DNA of 64,000 bases from an uncultured bacterium (GCA_964590395.1 CAZPVT010000034.1:31464-95463); one strand, 5' to 3'. Positions 26,919 to 36,880 are shown, counted from the first letter of the stretch. Made by a program: numbers and translations. The notes: generated by a model not told the origin, from the letters alone.

Positions 26919-26946
26919 ATTATAAGGCTGTTAACATAACAGTCAA
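26919..26946 (-). promoter_or_regulatory. promoter abutting the 26909 ATG (TTGACT-16-TATAAT-9 nt-ATG)
   Basis: The minus strand reads TTGACT gttatgttaacagcct TATAAT tcccaagta ATG, with no SD. Confidence 0.5.
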
Positions 26947-27012
26947 TTCTCAACCTGGAGAGGGTTATGCTACTGGCGAAACTGTGGTAAAGAGCGATTA
27001 TTGATACGCAAC

Positions 27013-27040
27013 TTGATTCCTGAAATTCGCTCCGTATAAT
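27013..27040 (+). promoter_or_regulatory. promoter abutting the trpS ATG (TTGATT-16-TATAAT-7 nt-ATG)
   Basis: The plus strand reads TTGATT cctgaaattcgctccg TATAAT ccgatag ATG(27048), with no SD. Confidence 0.55.
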
Positions 27041-27047
27041 CCGATAG

Positions 27048-28052
27048 ATGGAAAAGAAAAGAATTTTGACAGGCGACCGGCCAACCGGACCGTTGCATTT
27101 AGGACATTATGTCGGTTCGATTGCCAACCGGGTAAAGTTTCAGGATAGTTATGACACTTTTATCATCATCGCCGATATTCAGGCGCTGACGACTAACTTT
27201 GATAAGCCAGGGAGGTTGCGTCAGGATGTGCTGAATGTGACGATGGATAACATCGCCTGCGGCGTGGATCCGCAGAAGGCGACGATATTTGTTCAGTCAA
27301 TGGTGCCGGCAATAGCCGAACTGACCATCATCTACGCCAACCTGGTTACCGTTCAGCAACTGCTCCACAATCCAACAATCAAGACTGAAGCGGTACAGTA
27401 CAATTATGAGGAGTCAATGCCTTATGGTTTTTTGGGTTACCCGGTCAGTCAGGCAGCGGATATTACCTTCTGCCGGGCACATTTGGTACCGGTGGGCGAG
27501 GATCAGGCACCGCATATTGAACTGACCAGAAAGATCGTGAGGAAATTTAATGCCATTTATGCTCGGGTACTAGTTGAACCAGAACAAATACTCAATCCGC
27601 GGTTAATTGGCCTTGACGGGAATACCAAGATGTCCAAAAGTCTGGGAAACGCAATTTATCTATCGGATTCACCAGCCGAAGTGAAACGCAAGGTTAATTC
27701 TGCGGTAACTGATCCGGCAAGAATCCACCCTACTGACAAGGGGCATCCAGAGGTATGCGTGGTGTTTTCCTATCATAAGACTTTCAACACCGAAGAGTCT
27801 ACGGATGTTGAGGAGCGCTGTCGTGCTGGTACAATCGGCTGTGTGCCGTGTAAGGTACGGTTAAATGAGGTTTTAAATCGTTTTTTGGAGCCAATTCGGC
27901 AGCGCCGGTCAGAATTGGAGAAAAAGCCGGATGAACTCTGGGATATCCTTAATCAGGGTACAGCTCGTGCCCGCGCCGAGGGTGAAAGTACGATGGCACT
28001 GGTACGACAGGCGATGAAAACCGACTATTTTCTGGTTTCTCGTAATTGCTAA
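27048..28052 (+). CDS. trpS: tryptophan--tRNA ligase
   Basis: Class I HIGH-type motif (PTGPLHLGHY) and the KMSKS motif. 334 aa. Confidence 0.9.
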   Translation: MEKKRILTGDRPTGPLHLGHYVGSIANRVKFQDSYDTFIIIADIQALTTNFDKPGRLRQDVLNVTMDNIACGVDPQKATIFVQSMVPAIAELTIIYANLVTVQQLLHNPTIKTEAVQYNYEESMPYGFLGYPVSQAADITFCRAHLVPVGEDQAPHIELTRKIVRKFNAIYARVLVEPEQILNPRLIGLDGNTKMSKSLGNAIYLSDSPAEVKRKVNSAVTDPARIHPTDKGHPEVCVVFSYHKTFNTEESTDVEERCRAGTIGCVPCKVRLNEVLNRFLEPIRQRRSELEKKPDELWDILNQGTARARAEGESTMALVRQAMKTDYFLVSRNC

Positions 28053-28056
28053 AAAG

Positions 28057-28746
28057 GTGGGTTCACGGGTGAAAAATTACTCGAAGGATAATTTTGGCAT
28101 CATCGTTGCCGCTGGTATGGGAAGGAGGTTCGGAGGATTAAAGCAGTTTGCACGAGTAAAAAACCGACCCCTGCTTTACTACAGCATCAGAGCTTTCGAA
28201 CTATGTCCAGTGGTTACCGGGTATGTTGTCGTTACCAATGTCAGTAGAGTTTCAACAGTAAAAAATATGCTAAGCGCTTTTGTTTTTAAAAAGGCATTAG
28301 CGGTAGTGGCGGGGGGAAATGACCGAATGGATTCAGTGGAACAGGGGTTGTTCGAACTGCCGGATTCAGGATATGTGGCGGTACACGACGGGGTCCGGCC
28401 GTTAATCAAGCCGACGATGCTTAGTTTGGGATTTCGGGCAGTGCGTCGCTATCCGGCGGTGGCTTTTGGCGTACCGGTGATCGATACTCTGAAAGAGGTT
28501 GTTGATAAAAGGATCGTGCAGACCGTTGACCGGACCGGGATTGTCGCCATTCAAACCCCACAGTTTTTTACCATTGACCTCTTGCGTCGTGCATATGCCC
28601 AGGCGCGTAACCAACAGTTGGTCAGCACCGATGAGTGTCAGTTGGTGGAAAAATTGGGTGTTGCCCCAAAGGTGTTAGCTGGTTTCCCGGAAAATATCAA
28701 GGTTACCTATCCGGCAGACCTGCGCATCTGTGTCGCTTTGTTATGA
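28057..28746 (+). CDS. ispD: 2-C-methyl-D-erythritol 4-phosphate cytidylyltransferase
   Basis: IVAAGMGRRFG N-terminal motif with IspD length and layout. Its end overlaps the dxr start (ATGA). Confidence 0.85.
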   Translation: MGSRVKNYSKDNFGIIVAAGMGRRFGGLKQFARVKNRPLLYYSIRAFELCPVVTGYVVVTNVSRVSTVKNMLSAFVFKKALAVVAGGNDRMDSVEQGLFELPDSGYVAVHDGVRPLIKPTMLSLGFRAVRRYPAVAFGVPVIDTLKEVVDKRIVQTVDRTGIVAIQTPQFFTIDLLRRAYAQARNQQLVSTDECQLVEKLGVAPKVLAGFPENIKVTYPADLRICVALL

Positions 28747-29918
28747 AAAAAACCCGCATCGCTTTGTTCGGTTCTACAGGTTCAATCGGTCGCTCGGCGC
28801 TGGATGTTATCCGACATCTGGCGAATAGGGTGAAACTGGTAGTGATCGCGGCAAAACGCTCAGTGTCCGAAGTCTGCGCTCAGGCGCAGGAGTTTCTGCC
28901 AAAGATAATTCTGCTCACCGACCACGAGGCAGCAAATCGGGCACGCAGTATGCTTGATAGTCGGTTTAAAGTGCTGAACGATTTAGCCTCGTTTGATACC
29001 TTATTGGCAGCAGAGGACATTGATATAGTGATAATGGCGATGAGCGGTACCACTGGGTTGTCAGTGGTACTTAAAGCACTACGTTTAGGTAAGAAGGTGG
29101 CACTGGCGACTAAAGAGCTCATCGTTGCCTACGGGGAAGTCATTATGCAGGTTAGCCGTCGGTATGGCGGGGTAATTCTGCCGGTTGATTCGGAACTCGC
29201 AGCAATCCATCAGTGCCTTGATGGAAAGCCGCGCAGCACACTTCGCCGGGTGATACTCACCGCTTCAGGAGGTCCGTTCTGGCGACGAGGACTGCCCCAA
29301 AATGCCCAGGTGGCCGATGTTTTACAACATCCGACTTGGCGGATGGGGAAGAAGATTACAGTTGACTCAGCCACCCTGATGAATAAAGGACTGGAGATAA
29401 TTGAGACGGTCAGGTTGTTTGGGGTTCAGCAGGAACAGGTTGAAGTGGTTATTCATCCGGAGTCGATAGTCCATTCAATGGTTGAGTTTAATGATGGCTC
29501 AGTTCTTGCCCATTTATCCAATCCAGATATGCGTCTGCCAATTCAATATTGTCTTGTTTATCCGGAACGGTTACCTTCGCTGGTTTCGCCTTTGTTTTTT
29601 AAGCATAAAAAGTTGCGACTGGATTTTTACCCAGTGAACCGAACTCAGTTTCCGTGTTTGCAACTAGCGGTCCGGGCGCTTAAGACAGACACCGGTGCGA
29701 CCTGTGTGTTGAATGCGGCAAACGAGGCCGCGGTGGCGGCATTTTTGGGGAATAAAATTGCATTCGGCACTATCCCCATAATAATTGAAAAGACATTAAG
29801 CCGATATCTCAAGCAGAAGAAAGGGACAGGTCGTTTTACCGTCACTCAGCTGATGAAGACGGAGAAGTGGGCACGGGAGTATAGCCAGATGATTATCGGA
29901 GAAAACAGAAACGAATAA
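28743..29918 (+). CDS. dxr: 1-deoxy-D-xylulose 5-phosphate reductoisomerase
   Basis: MKKTRIALFGSTGSIGRSAL NADPH-binding N-terminus. The ORF-track start at 28635 lies inside ispD. Confidence 0.9.
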   Translation: MKKTRIALFGSTGSIGRSALDVIRHLANRVKLVVIAAKRSVSEVCAQAQEFLPKIILLTDHEAANRARSMLDSRFKVLNDLASFDTLLAAEDIDIVIMAMSGTTGLSVVLKALRLGKKVALATKELIVAYGEVIMQVSRRYGGVILPVDSELAAIHQCLDGKPRSTLRRVILTASGGPFWRRGLPQNAQVADVLQHPTWRMGKKITVDSATLMNKGLEIIETVRLFGVQQEQVEVVIHPESIVHSMVEFNDGSVLAHLSNPDMRLPIQYCLVYPERLPSLVSPLFFKHKKLRLDFYPVNRTQFPCLQLAVRALKTDTGATCVLNAANEAAVAAFLGNKIAFGTIPIIIEKTLSRYLKQKKGTGRFTVTQLMKTEKWAREYSQMIIGENRNE

Positions 29919-31178
29919 ATGGTAACTTCGGTACTTCTGATCGGGGTTTTTATTGGTTTACTGATCACCCTTCATGAATTTGGGCATTTGGTAGTCGCTA
30001 AACTGTCACATATTCCGGTGGAATCTTTTTCAATTGGCTTTGGTCCGGTGGTGATTAGAAAAAGGATTGGAGAGACCGAATACCGACTATCTCTTATTCC
30101 TTTAGGTGGGTATATAAAGATGGCCGGTGAGGAGGACTCAAGCGTAAGAGGATTCAGTGATAAACCGACCGGTATCAGAATTGCGGTGGTGGCGGCTGGT
30201 CCATTTTTCAATTTGATACTGGGTTTTGCGATAATGGTGGGGATGTATTTAGTGTTTGGTTTGAAGTATGTTAAACCAGTCATATATCATGAGGTAAATT
30301 CCAGTGCCGCAATGACTGGTCTGCAAGCCGGGGATTGTATTCTAACCGTGGATCAGGAGACGATTCCGGATTTTGAGACATTAGAGCGAGTGCTGGAGAG
30401 AAACCGTGGTCGAGAGATCACGCTTAAGGTGTTGCGGGAGAGCATACCAGTGGTAGTCAATTATTTGGTGCCCGATTCTTTAGAGATCGAGCCATTGGTA
30501 GCGCCAGTAGTTGATCGGGTGCGTTCTGGCAGCCCGGCGGAAAAAATCGGCTTGAAGCCCGGTGATAAAATTGTGGCAATCGCTGGGGTTCCGGTCAAAC
30601 GGTGGGCAGATTTTGTGGAGCTGGTAATGCAGAACGCGGGTAATCGGATTGAAATCGTCTATGAACGGAATGGGGTGGTTTTTCTGGATTCAATAACCCC
30701 GGTGGCCGTCCATGACCAGCTGACCAGCGAACGATTTGGACAGATCGGGGTTTGGGTAAGGCTGCCCAAGAGAAAGGTCTCACTGCCATTAGCTCTGTGG
30801 GAGGCAGTTAGGCGCACCGGTTACATCGTCGTCCAGACATTTGTGATAATCTACAAGGTGATCACCCATCAGGTTTCCTCCCGGGCAATCGGTGGCCCGA
30901 TTATGGTTGCGAAGATTGCTTACGAAGGAGCGAGTTGGGGTGCAGAATATTTTCTGGCGCTTTGGGCACTGCTGTCAATCAATCTGTTCGTGGTCAATAT
31001 GCTGCCGGTACCGGTGTTGGATGGTGGAAGGATCTTGCTGGATCTTATTGCCGGCATCAGGCGCCGCCGGTTGACAAACAAGGAAATTGCCTGGGCAAAT
31101 AATATCGGTTGGATCTTAATCGGGCTTTTGGTCATCTTCACGCTGTACAATGACTTGATGCGGCTGATCCGGAAGTGA
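29919..31178 (+). CDS. rseP: RIP site-2 metalloprotease RseP
   Basis: HEFGH zinc motif in TM1, internal PDZ-like segments and a C-terminal NxxPxxxLDG motif (NMLPVPVLDGG). Confidence 0.85.
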   Translation: MVTSVLLIGVFIGLLITLHEFGHLVVAKLSHIPVESFSIGFGPVVIRKRIGETEYRLSLIPLGGYIKMAGEEDSSVRGFSDKPTGIRIAVVAAGPFFNLILGFAIMVGMYLVFGLKYVKPVIYHEVNSSAAMTGLQAGDCILTVDQETIPDFETLERVLERNRGREITLKVLRESIPVVVNYLVPDSLEIEPLVAPVVDRVRSGSPAEKIGLKPGDKIVAIAGVPVKRWADFVELVMQNAGNRIEIVYERNGVVFLDSITPVAVHDQLTSERFGQIGVWVRLPKRKVSLPLALWEAVRRTGYIVVQTFVIIYKVITHQVSSRAIGGPIMVAKIAYEGASWGAEYFLALWALLSINLFVVNMLPVPVLDGGRILLDLIAGIRRRRLTNKEIAWANNIGWILIGLLVIFTLYNDLMRLIRK

Positions 31179-32410
31179 AAATTTTAGCGGTGGCAGCAGC
31201 GGCGACTGCACAGAAGTTTGTCAAAGGGCACCCACACAAGGGTGCTTGGCTTTTTCTCCGTCCGGAGTTGGAAATCTGCCAGCTTTGGGCACTGGCGATA
31301 AACGATGATTTTGTTTATATTGACGAACGGATAGCCACGGTTGAATATAACAGCGATTTTGACTTGGTGTTGGTTCGGGTTGACTTCAACCAGGACAGCA
31401 GCGCCCGATTAATTACGGAAGCGTTTGAGCAACTGGGGAAACCGGTAGTTATTTTTGGTCCACTGGTTACATTTTGGCAGAACCAACCGTTAGGTTGGGT
31501 AAAGCACCGGGTGGTTGGTGATATTACGTTAGTCTGGGAACAGATCCGTGCTGACGTTGCGCATGGTAGAATTCAGCCAGTTTATGTCGCCCCGCCGAGA
31601 CCAAACTATGTGGTTCCTAGGATGCCCGCAGAAGGGCCGGCAGTTTTGAACACAGGTTATCAGCCGATCTATTTTGTGCGTGGTTGTGCCTGCCCGCAGA
31701 GTTATCAGAAGTTATGTTGTGAATATCTCTATTATCACGACAATGCGTTTTTCCGCCCCCGGGAGGAGGTGGTAGGGGAAATTGTTTCATTGCCCCATAA
31801 ACATATCCACTTACTTGATGAAGATGTTGCCCGATTTCCAGATTATTATTACAATCTGTTCCGGCTGGTTTGGGGATACCGCCGGCATTGGACAGTTAAT
31901 GCCAGTGACCGAATCTTTAATTATTCAGAGTTGATACGTCTGCTCGCTAAATCCGGTACCAAAATTATGTTTCTAAACGAAACATTTATCAATCCGAGGT
32001 TGGATTTGGCGCTTAAGGATGAGGCGATGGTGAAATGGCTTTATCGGCGAGTGAAGTTGCTCCATTCCCGACGTATTTTGGTGGGGGCAAAGATGGTATT
32101 GCCGGCTAACGGAGCGGACTATGTTCGGATTTCCAATCTATTATACCGTATTGATTTAGATTTTATTGAAGTGCGATTCATTAAGTCCGGTTCAGATGGC
32201 AAACCGGAACTGGTGCCGATAACCTATCACCCGATGCTCCAACCGGATGAGCCGGCATTTGTTAAGAGCCGTTTTTATGCCCTTGATGTTCTATTAAACC
32301 GGTTCGTTCGCCGACCCAGAAGGGTTGGGTTTCACTCGACCGGTTGGTATCTGATTCCTTACAGCCTTGCTTATCGGCAGAATTTTCTGGAGGGGCTATC
32401 CTCTCCCTGA
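31175..32410 (+). CDS. B12-binding/radical-SAM-like protein with a non-canonical Cys cluster (tentative)
   Basis: 411 aa with an N-terminal Rossmann-like part. It has RGCACPQSYQKLCC where class-B radical SAM enzymes have CxxxCxxC. GTGA overlap with rseP. Confidence 0.4.
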   Translation: MKILAVAAAATAQKFVKGHPHKGAWLFLRPELEICQLWALAINDDFVYIDERIATVEYNSDFDLVLVRVDFNQDSSARLITEAFEQLGKPVVIFGPLVTFWQNQPLGWVKHRVVGDITLVWEQIRADVAHGRIQPVYVAPPRPNYVVPRMPAEGPAVLNTGYQPIYFVRGCACPQSYQKLCCEYLYYHDNAFFRPREEVVGEIVSLPHKHIHLLDEDVARFPDYYYNLFRLVWGYRRHWTVNASDRIFNYSELIRLLAKSGTKIMFLNETFINPRLDLALKDEAMVKWLYRRVKLLHSRRILVGAKMVLPANGADYVRISNLLYRIDLDFIEVRFIKSGSDGKPELVPITYHPMLQPDEPAFVKSRFYALDVLLNRFVRRPRRVGFHSTGWYLIPYSLAYRQNFLEGLSSP

Positions 32411-32650
32411 TTAAGAAACCGACTCAACCCGCAGGTCTTCCGGAATAGCCTCTTTTAAAGTCTGTTCGACACCAGCAGCCAAAGTCATTTTGGAAAATGG
32501 ACAATGGGCACAGGCACCGGTGAGGCGGACCCTTACGACACCATCTTCGGTGATTTCGACCAGTTCAATATCGCCACCATCCAGTTGTAACCCGGGGCGG
32601 ATTTTCTCTTCAATCAGCTGTTTTATTTTGTTTTTTATTTCTGGAGTCAT
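32411..32650 (-). CDS. NifU-like (Nfu C-terminal domain) Fe-S assembly protein
   Basis: 79 aa with IRPGLQLDGGDIELV and GACAHCP motifs. Confidence 0.75.
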   Translation of the reverse strand: MTPEIKNKIKQLIEEKIRPGLQLDGGDIELVEITEDGVVRVRLTGACAHCPFSKMTLAAGVEQTLKEAIPEDLRVESVS

Positions 32651-33692
32651 TTTTCACCTCGCTGTGATTGGTTGGTTGTTTGGTTGGTTCAGCAATTATC
32701 CGCCAGTCAGCCAGTTCTTCAGCCTTGCAGGGTTTTACCGAAAACAGGTGCTGTTCACAGACTACTTTGACTGATTTACCAGGTAGGTGATCGCTGTAAA
32801 AAGCACAAATTTGGGCGGCGAGTTCCATATCCTTTTTTGTTTTTCGGGAGGAGTGAAGGATAGTTACCGGACCAACGGTATCAACCGGTTTGAAGATTAG
32901 GCTATTGGGTAGAATAATTTTTTCCAGAACCAAGTTTTCGTTCTCATTGCGGCCTACGACCACCTTGGCTTTGCTTGGCAGGCAGAAATGGCGGCCATAA
33001 CGGAGGATTTCAATCTCTTGAAGGTTATTGAACCGATTATGGGCAATGGCGTCACGACAGCGGGCAGCAAAATTGCTGTCGGTTAATAAGCAGCCCGCGC
33101 CAGGTGCGGGATAGTCAACAATACCGAATTCACGTGCCAGTCTCATCTGTCGGCGTCGGGTTCGGCCATGAAAACCCAAGAGTCTTTCGCGCCGCACCAA
33201 TCCGGTTAACTCTGGTCTTGTGGGCTCCAGAATTTTCGCTGAGAGTGGGCGTAATAGCCGTCCTTCCAGTCCCACGATTTTCTCAAGCAGTTTTAATGAC
33301 CGTTTGTTCTGGGAGAACGGTCGTTGCTCGAGAACTTCTCCGGTAAAAACAAAATCGGCTTTGATTTCCGTCATCAGTTCTTTTGCCCGTTTCAGCATAT
33401 AAGCCATACAGTCAATGCAGGGGGCCATTTGGAGGGTGTAGCCATATTTCGGAGCGCGGACGATTTCGAGATAGTCATCGCCGACAGTAAGAGAAACCAG
33501 ATTGACAGCCAGAAAGTCAGCGGTCCTCTGTAACTGTTCGTCTGTGGGAACCCGGCCAATAATCGAGAAGGGGAGACGGAAATTCAGAGCGACGGCAGCG
33601 ATATGTTGTTCGGTGATCAGTTTGAATGCCAGGATACTGTCCAGACTGCCAGCAAAGAGTCCGATAGCTTTTGAGTTACGACTGGGTATCAT
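32610..33692 (-). CDS. PP-loop superfamily ATP-pyrophosphatase, tRNA-thiolation-like (tentative)
   Basis: N-terminal GLFAGSLDS is a variant of the SGGxDS PP-loop. CIDC and GAGCLLTD Cys motifs are present. 360 aa. Confidence 0.5.
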   Translation of the reverse strand: MIPSRNSKAIGLFAGSLDSILAFKLITEQHIAAVALNFRLPFSIIGRVPTDEQLQRTADFLAVNLVSLTVGDDYLEIVRAPKYGYTLQMAPCIDCMAYMLKRAKELMTEIKADFVFTGEVLEQRPFSQNKRSLKLLEKIVGLEGRLLRPLSAKILEPTRPELTGLVRRERLLGFHGRTRRRQMRLAREFGIVDYPAPGAGCLLTDSNFAARCRDAIAHNRFNNLQEIEILRYGRHFCLPSKAKVVVGRNENENLVLEKIILPNSLIFKPVDTVGPVTILHSSRKTKKDMELAAQICAFYSDHLPGKSVKVVCEQHLFSVKPCKAEELADWRIIAEPTKQPTNHSEVKNDSRNKKQNKTAD

Positions 33693-34270
33693 AACGGTGA
33701 TTAACGGTAATTTGATCTAATGGATTACGATTCTGATCTTTTTTGTCACCCCTGTTCATTTCAATAATTTTAATGTCCGCACCTACTAAGTCAAGAGAAG
33801 GGAAGAGCGGCGCGATTTTGATCCTTAAAAACTTTTTGCGCTGTACCGTCTTGGATATTACTTTCATTGCGACCCCAACTTTAACCCTGACGGTTACTAT
33901 TTAGTCAACTGCCACCGCAAGTGTAATCTCGAACACCCCGATTATCACCGGCAAGATCGTAGTTACAATCCCCAGGGAGAGTCTGTTCTCTACGACAACC
34001 GGTACGAGGAAAGATAGGATAACCGTGGCCCTGATTCCTGTCCATGCTGTTACCCAATTGGAAGTGGTATTGGAAACCGTCCCCGATACTGCCGGGGGAC
34101 AGGCTGTTGAATAATCCGTGCAGGCTAAGAGATTATTTTTCAAAAAGATACCATAATGCACCGTTAGATTGGTATTCGCCCCCAAATTGATTTTGATATT
34201 ATAGACTGCAAAACAGTAGAAGAAATGCCGGTATTGATTTTAATGTTTTTCGGGGTCAGTGTTTAAAACA

Positions 34271-34912
34271 CTATTTTGGGCTTTTGGTGATTTGATATTC
34301 AACCAGTTCTTCTTGGCGAAAGAGTTGCCAAGTGGTATCACCTCGATTCCAAGAGTGCTGTTTAACACGTTTGACAATTCCTAGACCCGGTGCCAGCCAT
34401 ATTTTTTGGTGAAAGTTCACCCGTTTGCTTTTGGTTTCTAGACAGAAACAGTTGGCGAAATGTCCGGCTGGGACAGTGACCGATTCTTGGGCAATGACTT
34501 CGGTTTCTTCTCTCATCGTTGCGTTGTCGTACCATTTTTTGCCTACGACCAGGGGAAGCACTAGGTAAACTATTCTTTCTGGTGTTCCGTCTCGGCCTGG
34601 AATGAGTTTGAATACGGTGTCACCTTTGCGTTCGTAAAAATTCATCAGTGATTTTCCCGTTGCCAGTGGCACCTCCACTACCCAAACTCTGCCCAGTCGC
34701 GGGACATCTTTGATACCTTTCACTACCTCAGTAACCTTTACTTCGCTCGTTGTGTTGGTATTTTGTCCGATGACCTTGGTTTCAGTAACCTGCATTATCC
34801 GCACAGCATTGGGTACTAAGGGGAAGAAATCTCGTTGACGGCGCTGGCAAGACAGGAGTAAAAGCAATAGCAAGCCCAGAGCAGTCTTTAGATAATAATT
34901 CAATTTAGCCAT
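34271..34912 (-). CDS. hypothetical lipoprotein
   Basis: 213 aa with signal and lipobox-like LLLLLLLSCQ. No recognisable domain. Confidence 0.55.
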   Translation of the reverse strand: MAKLNYYLKTALGLLLLLLLSCQRRQRDFFPLVPNAVRIMQVTETKVIGQNTNTTSEVKVTEVVKGIKDVPRLGRVWVVEVPLATGKSLMNFYERKGDTVFKLIPGRDGTPERIVYLVLPLVVGKKWYDNATMREETEVIAQESVTVPAGHFANCFCLETKSKRVNFHQKIWLAPGLGIVKRVKQHSWNRGDTTWQLFRQEELVEYQITKSPK

Positions 34913-35045
34913 AGAAAAGATTAAGACTTATCCAGCAATAGTCAATGAGGTGTGCCGGCGAATTGAATAGGCAGATAGTGGTTGTGGGGGCGTGGTGTCA
35001 GCGGCGAACGATATACTGGGGGCGAAGCGTCAGTATCAATGGGAG

Positions 35046-36071
35046 TTATTTTAAAATTGTTTCCGCGAGCCAATCAAATTTCTTGAGCCAGTCAGCTGAT
35101 AGTTTCTTCTGGTTGATCGCGTTCTGAATGCCGAGACGGAGATTTTCCAGATCGAGTGGATACCAGCGCTGCCAGCGTGTCGTACCGTACTCTCCCAGTC
35201 CTTGGAGAACAAGGCTTTTTCTGCCGATAATTTCCGCTGCGGTACCGAATTTCTTCTTCATTTTGGCGGCGAGTTGGTAAACCGGTTTAATCAGGGCTGG
35301 GTAGCGGTAGTCTCGGGCAAGATGGTGGTCAATGACGAGGGTGTGTAGTGAAGGGAGGGAGAGGATTTGGCAGAGATTAATGATGCTTTTGAGAAAGTTG
35401 GGTTCGGTGCTGGGTGTGGGTAGTAAAAATGTTGGGTAACCATCAAGAATGGCAACCTGCGGAGCAGTTGCCAAAATCAGTTGGGTGGTTTTTTCATCAG
35501 CAGGTCCAGCGATGTCAGAGCTGATGAGCACCTTTTCCCGTCCCCGGCTCACTTCGGTCATAATTACTCTACCAGGCTCGGCTTCGGCTCGACCGTGCCA
35601 GATAGCAGGAGAAAACCTGATTTCGGTTTTTTTGAATTTGAACCGCCGGCCATCAGCCCAGATTATCTCCTTAGGTAATCCGTCGATCATAGGAAAGAAT
35701 CTCTCTGCTGTCTCCACTTGTTTTTTGGGCAGATCGTCGAGCGACTTGGCAAAGATGATTTTGCCGGCGTAGATGGCGGGTTCCCGGTGGAAGAAAAAAT
35801 GGTCAATATGGTAATGGGTGATTATTAGCACAGGGGCATCAGCGGTAGCATTGTTTACTTCTTGTGCATAACGAGTCAGGAGTTGTTGGCGAATATTTTC
35901 CGGCAGAGGGAAATGCTCGGTCTGCGCCGAGACGCCAGGGTCAATGACCAGTGTCAGATCCGGAGTTGTAATTCTTGTGCACATTGCCTTGACGCCGAAT
36001 GAATCAAATGCGACGGGCAGGATTTTGATCGAGCGTTCGGCGGTGATCGGCAACTGCCGTGGGGAGCTCAT
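35046..36071 (-). CDS. MBL-fold metallo-hydrolase
   Basis: ITHYHIDH metal-binding motif and downstream His/Asp positions. ATGA overlap with cdsA. Confidence 0.7.
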   Translation of the reverse strand: MSSPRQLPITAERSIKILPVAFDSFGVKAMCTRITTPDLTLVIDPGVSAQTEHFPLPENIRQQLLTRYAQEVNNATADAPVLIITHYHIDHFFFHREPAIYAGKIIFAKSLDDLPKKQVETAERFFPMIDGLPKEIIWADGRRFKFKKTEIRFSPAIWHGRAEAEPGRVIMTEVSRGREKVLISSDIAGPADEKTTQLILATAPQVAILDGYPTFLLPTPSTEPNFLKSIINLCQILSLPSLHTLVIDHHLARDYRYPALIKPVYQLAAKMKKKFGTAAEIIGRKSLVLQGLGEYGTTRWQRWYPLDLENLRLGIQNAINQKKLSADWLKKFDWLAETILK

Positions 36072-36880
36072 TGGTTTGTTAGTAAGGTAAGATAGTAGAA
36101 GGTCGGGATGGTAAAGAGCAAGGAGTCGGCACGGTCAAGAAATCCCCCATGTTCTCCCAACGTAGGGGCACTGTCTTTTACACCAACCGCACGTTTGAAT
36201 GTGGATTCAAAAATGTCTCCTATCTGCCCGATGACAGAAAGCCCAATGCCGATCAACACCAAAAGGAAACGGGGTTGGGTACGGAAAGGTGTGAGCATGG
36301 GAAGCCAAATGCCAGCAAGGATACCTGCGGTAATGAGGCCGGCGAGTGCTCCTTCAACAGTTTTTTGTGGGCTCACCATTGGGGCAAGTTTGTGTCTACC
36401 GAAGATTTGTCCGCCAACATAGGCGGCAGTGTCACTTACCCAGCTAATAATTAATGGGAAGAGAGTTAGCCAGGAACTGTAGGAATGTTTAATTGCCAGT
36501 TGCTGGAGAAGAATGAGATGACTGGGTAAAAATCCGAGGTATGTGATAGTGAAAAGTCCATATACCGGAATGCGGGGAAGTGGAGAAGGGTGGAGTAGCG
36601 CGGTGATAAATACAATGCCCATCGGTAATATAATTAAAGCCGGGATGAGACGATATTGGGCGAGAATGAGCATCAATAGGTTAAGCGTGATCAGCAGCCA
36701 TTGATTGAGGGATATCTCGGCTCGCTGTAACAGTAACAGGAACTCCCTAGTCGCCATTGTAACCCAGATGCCGACGAAGACGGTTAGGAACATTGGGGGA
36801 AAGAGAAGAATTATAGCAACAGTCAGTATTGATAGAATTGTGCCCCAGACGATACGATTGAACAGTCTATTCTTCCACAT
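36068..36880 (-). CDS. cdsA: phosphatidate cytidylyltransferase
   Basis: Multi-TM protein with the C-terminal signature STFKRAVGVKDSAPTLGEHGGFLDRADS. Met at 36880 is preferred because the longer ORF overlaps uppS. Confidence 0.85.
   Translation of the reverse strand: MWKNRLFNRIVWGTILSILTVAIILLFPPMFLTVFVGIWVTMATREFLLLLQRAEISLNQWLLITLNLLMLILAQYRLIPALIILPMGIVFITALLHPSPLPRIPVYGLFTITYLGFLPSHLILLQQLAIKHSYSSWLTLFPLIISWVSDTAAYVGGQIFGRHKLAPMVSPQKTVEGALAGLITAGILAGIWLPMLTPFRTQPRFLLVLIGIGLSVIGQIGDIFESTFKRAVGVKDSAPTLGEHGGFLDRADSLLFTIPTFYYLTLLTNQ

Noticed and set aside
26910-27047. A T-box or other leader riboswitch upstream of trpS.
   Set aside because: The -10 box ends 7 nt before the ATG, so there is no room for a leader. 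The rest of the 138-nt spacer is taken by the divergent promoter.
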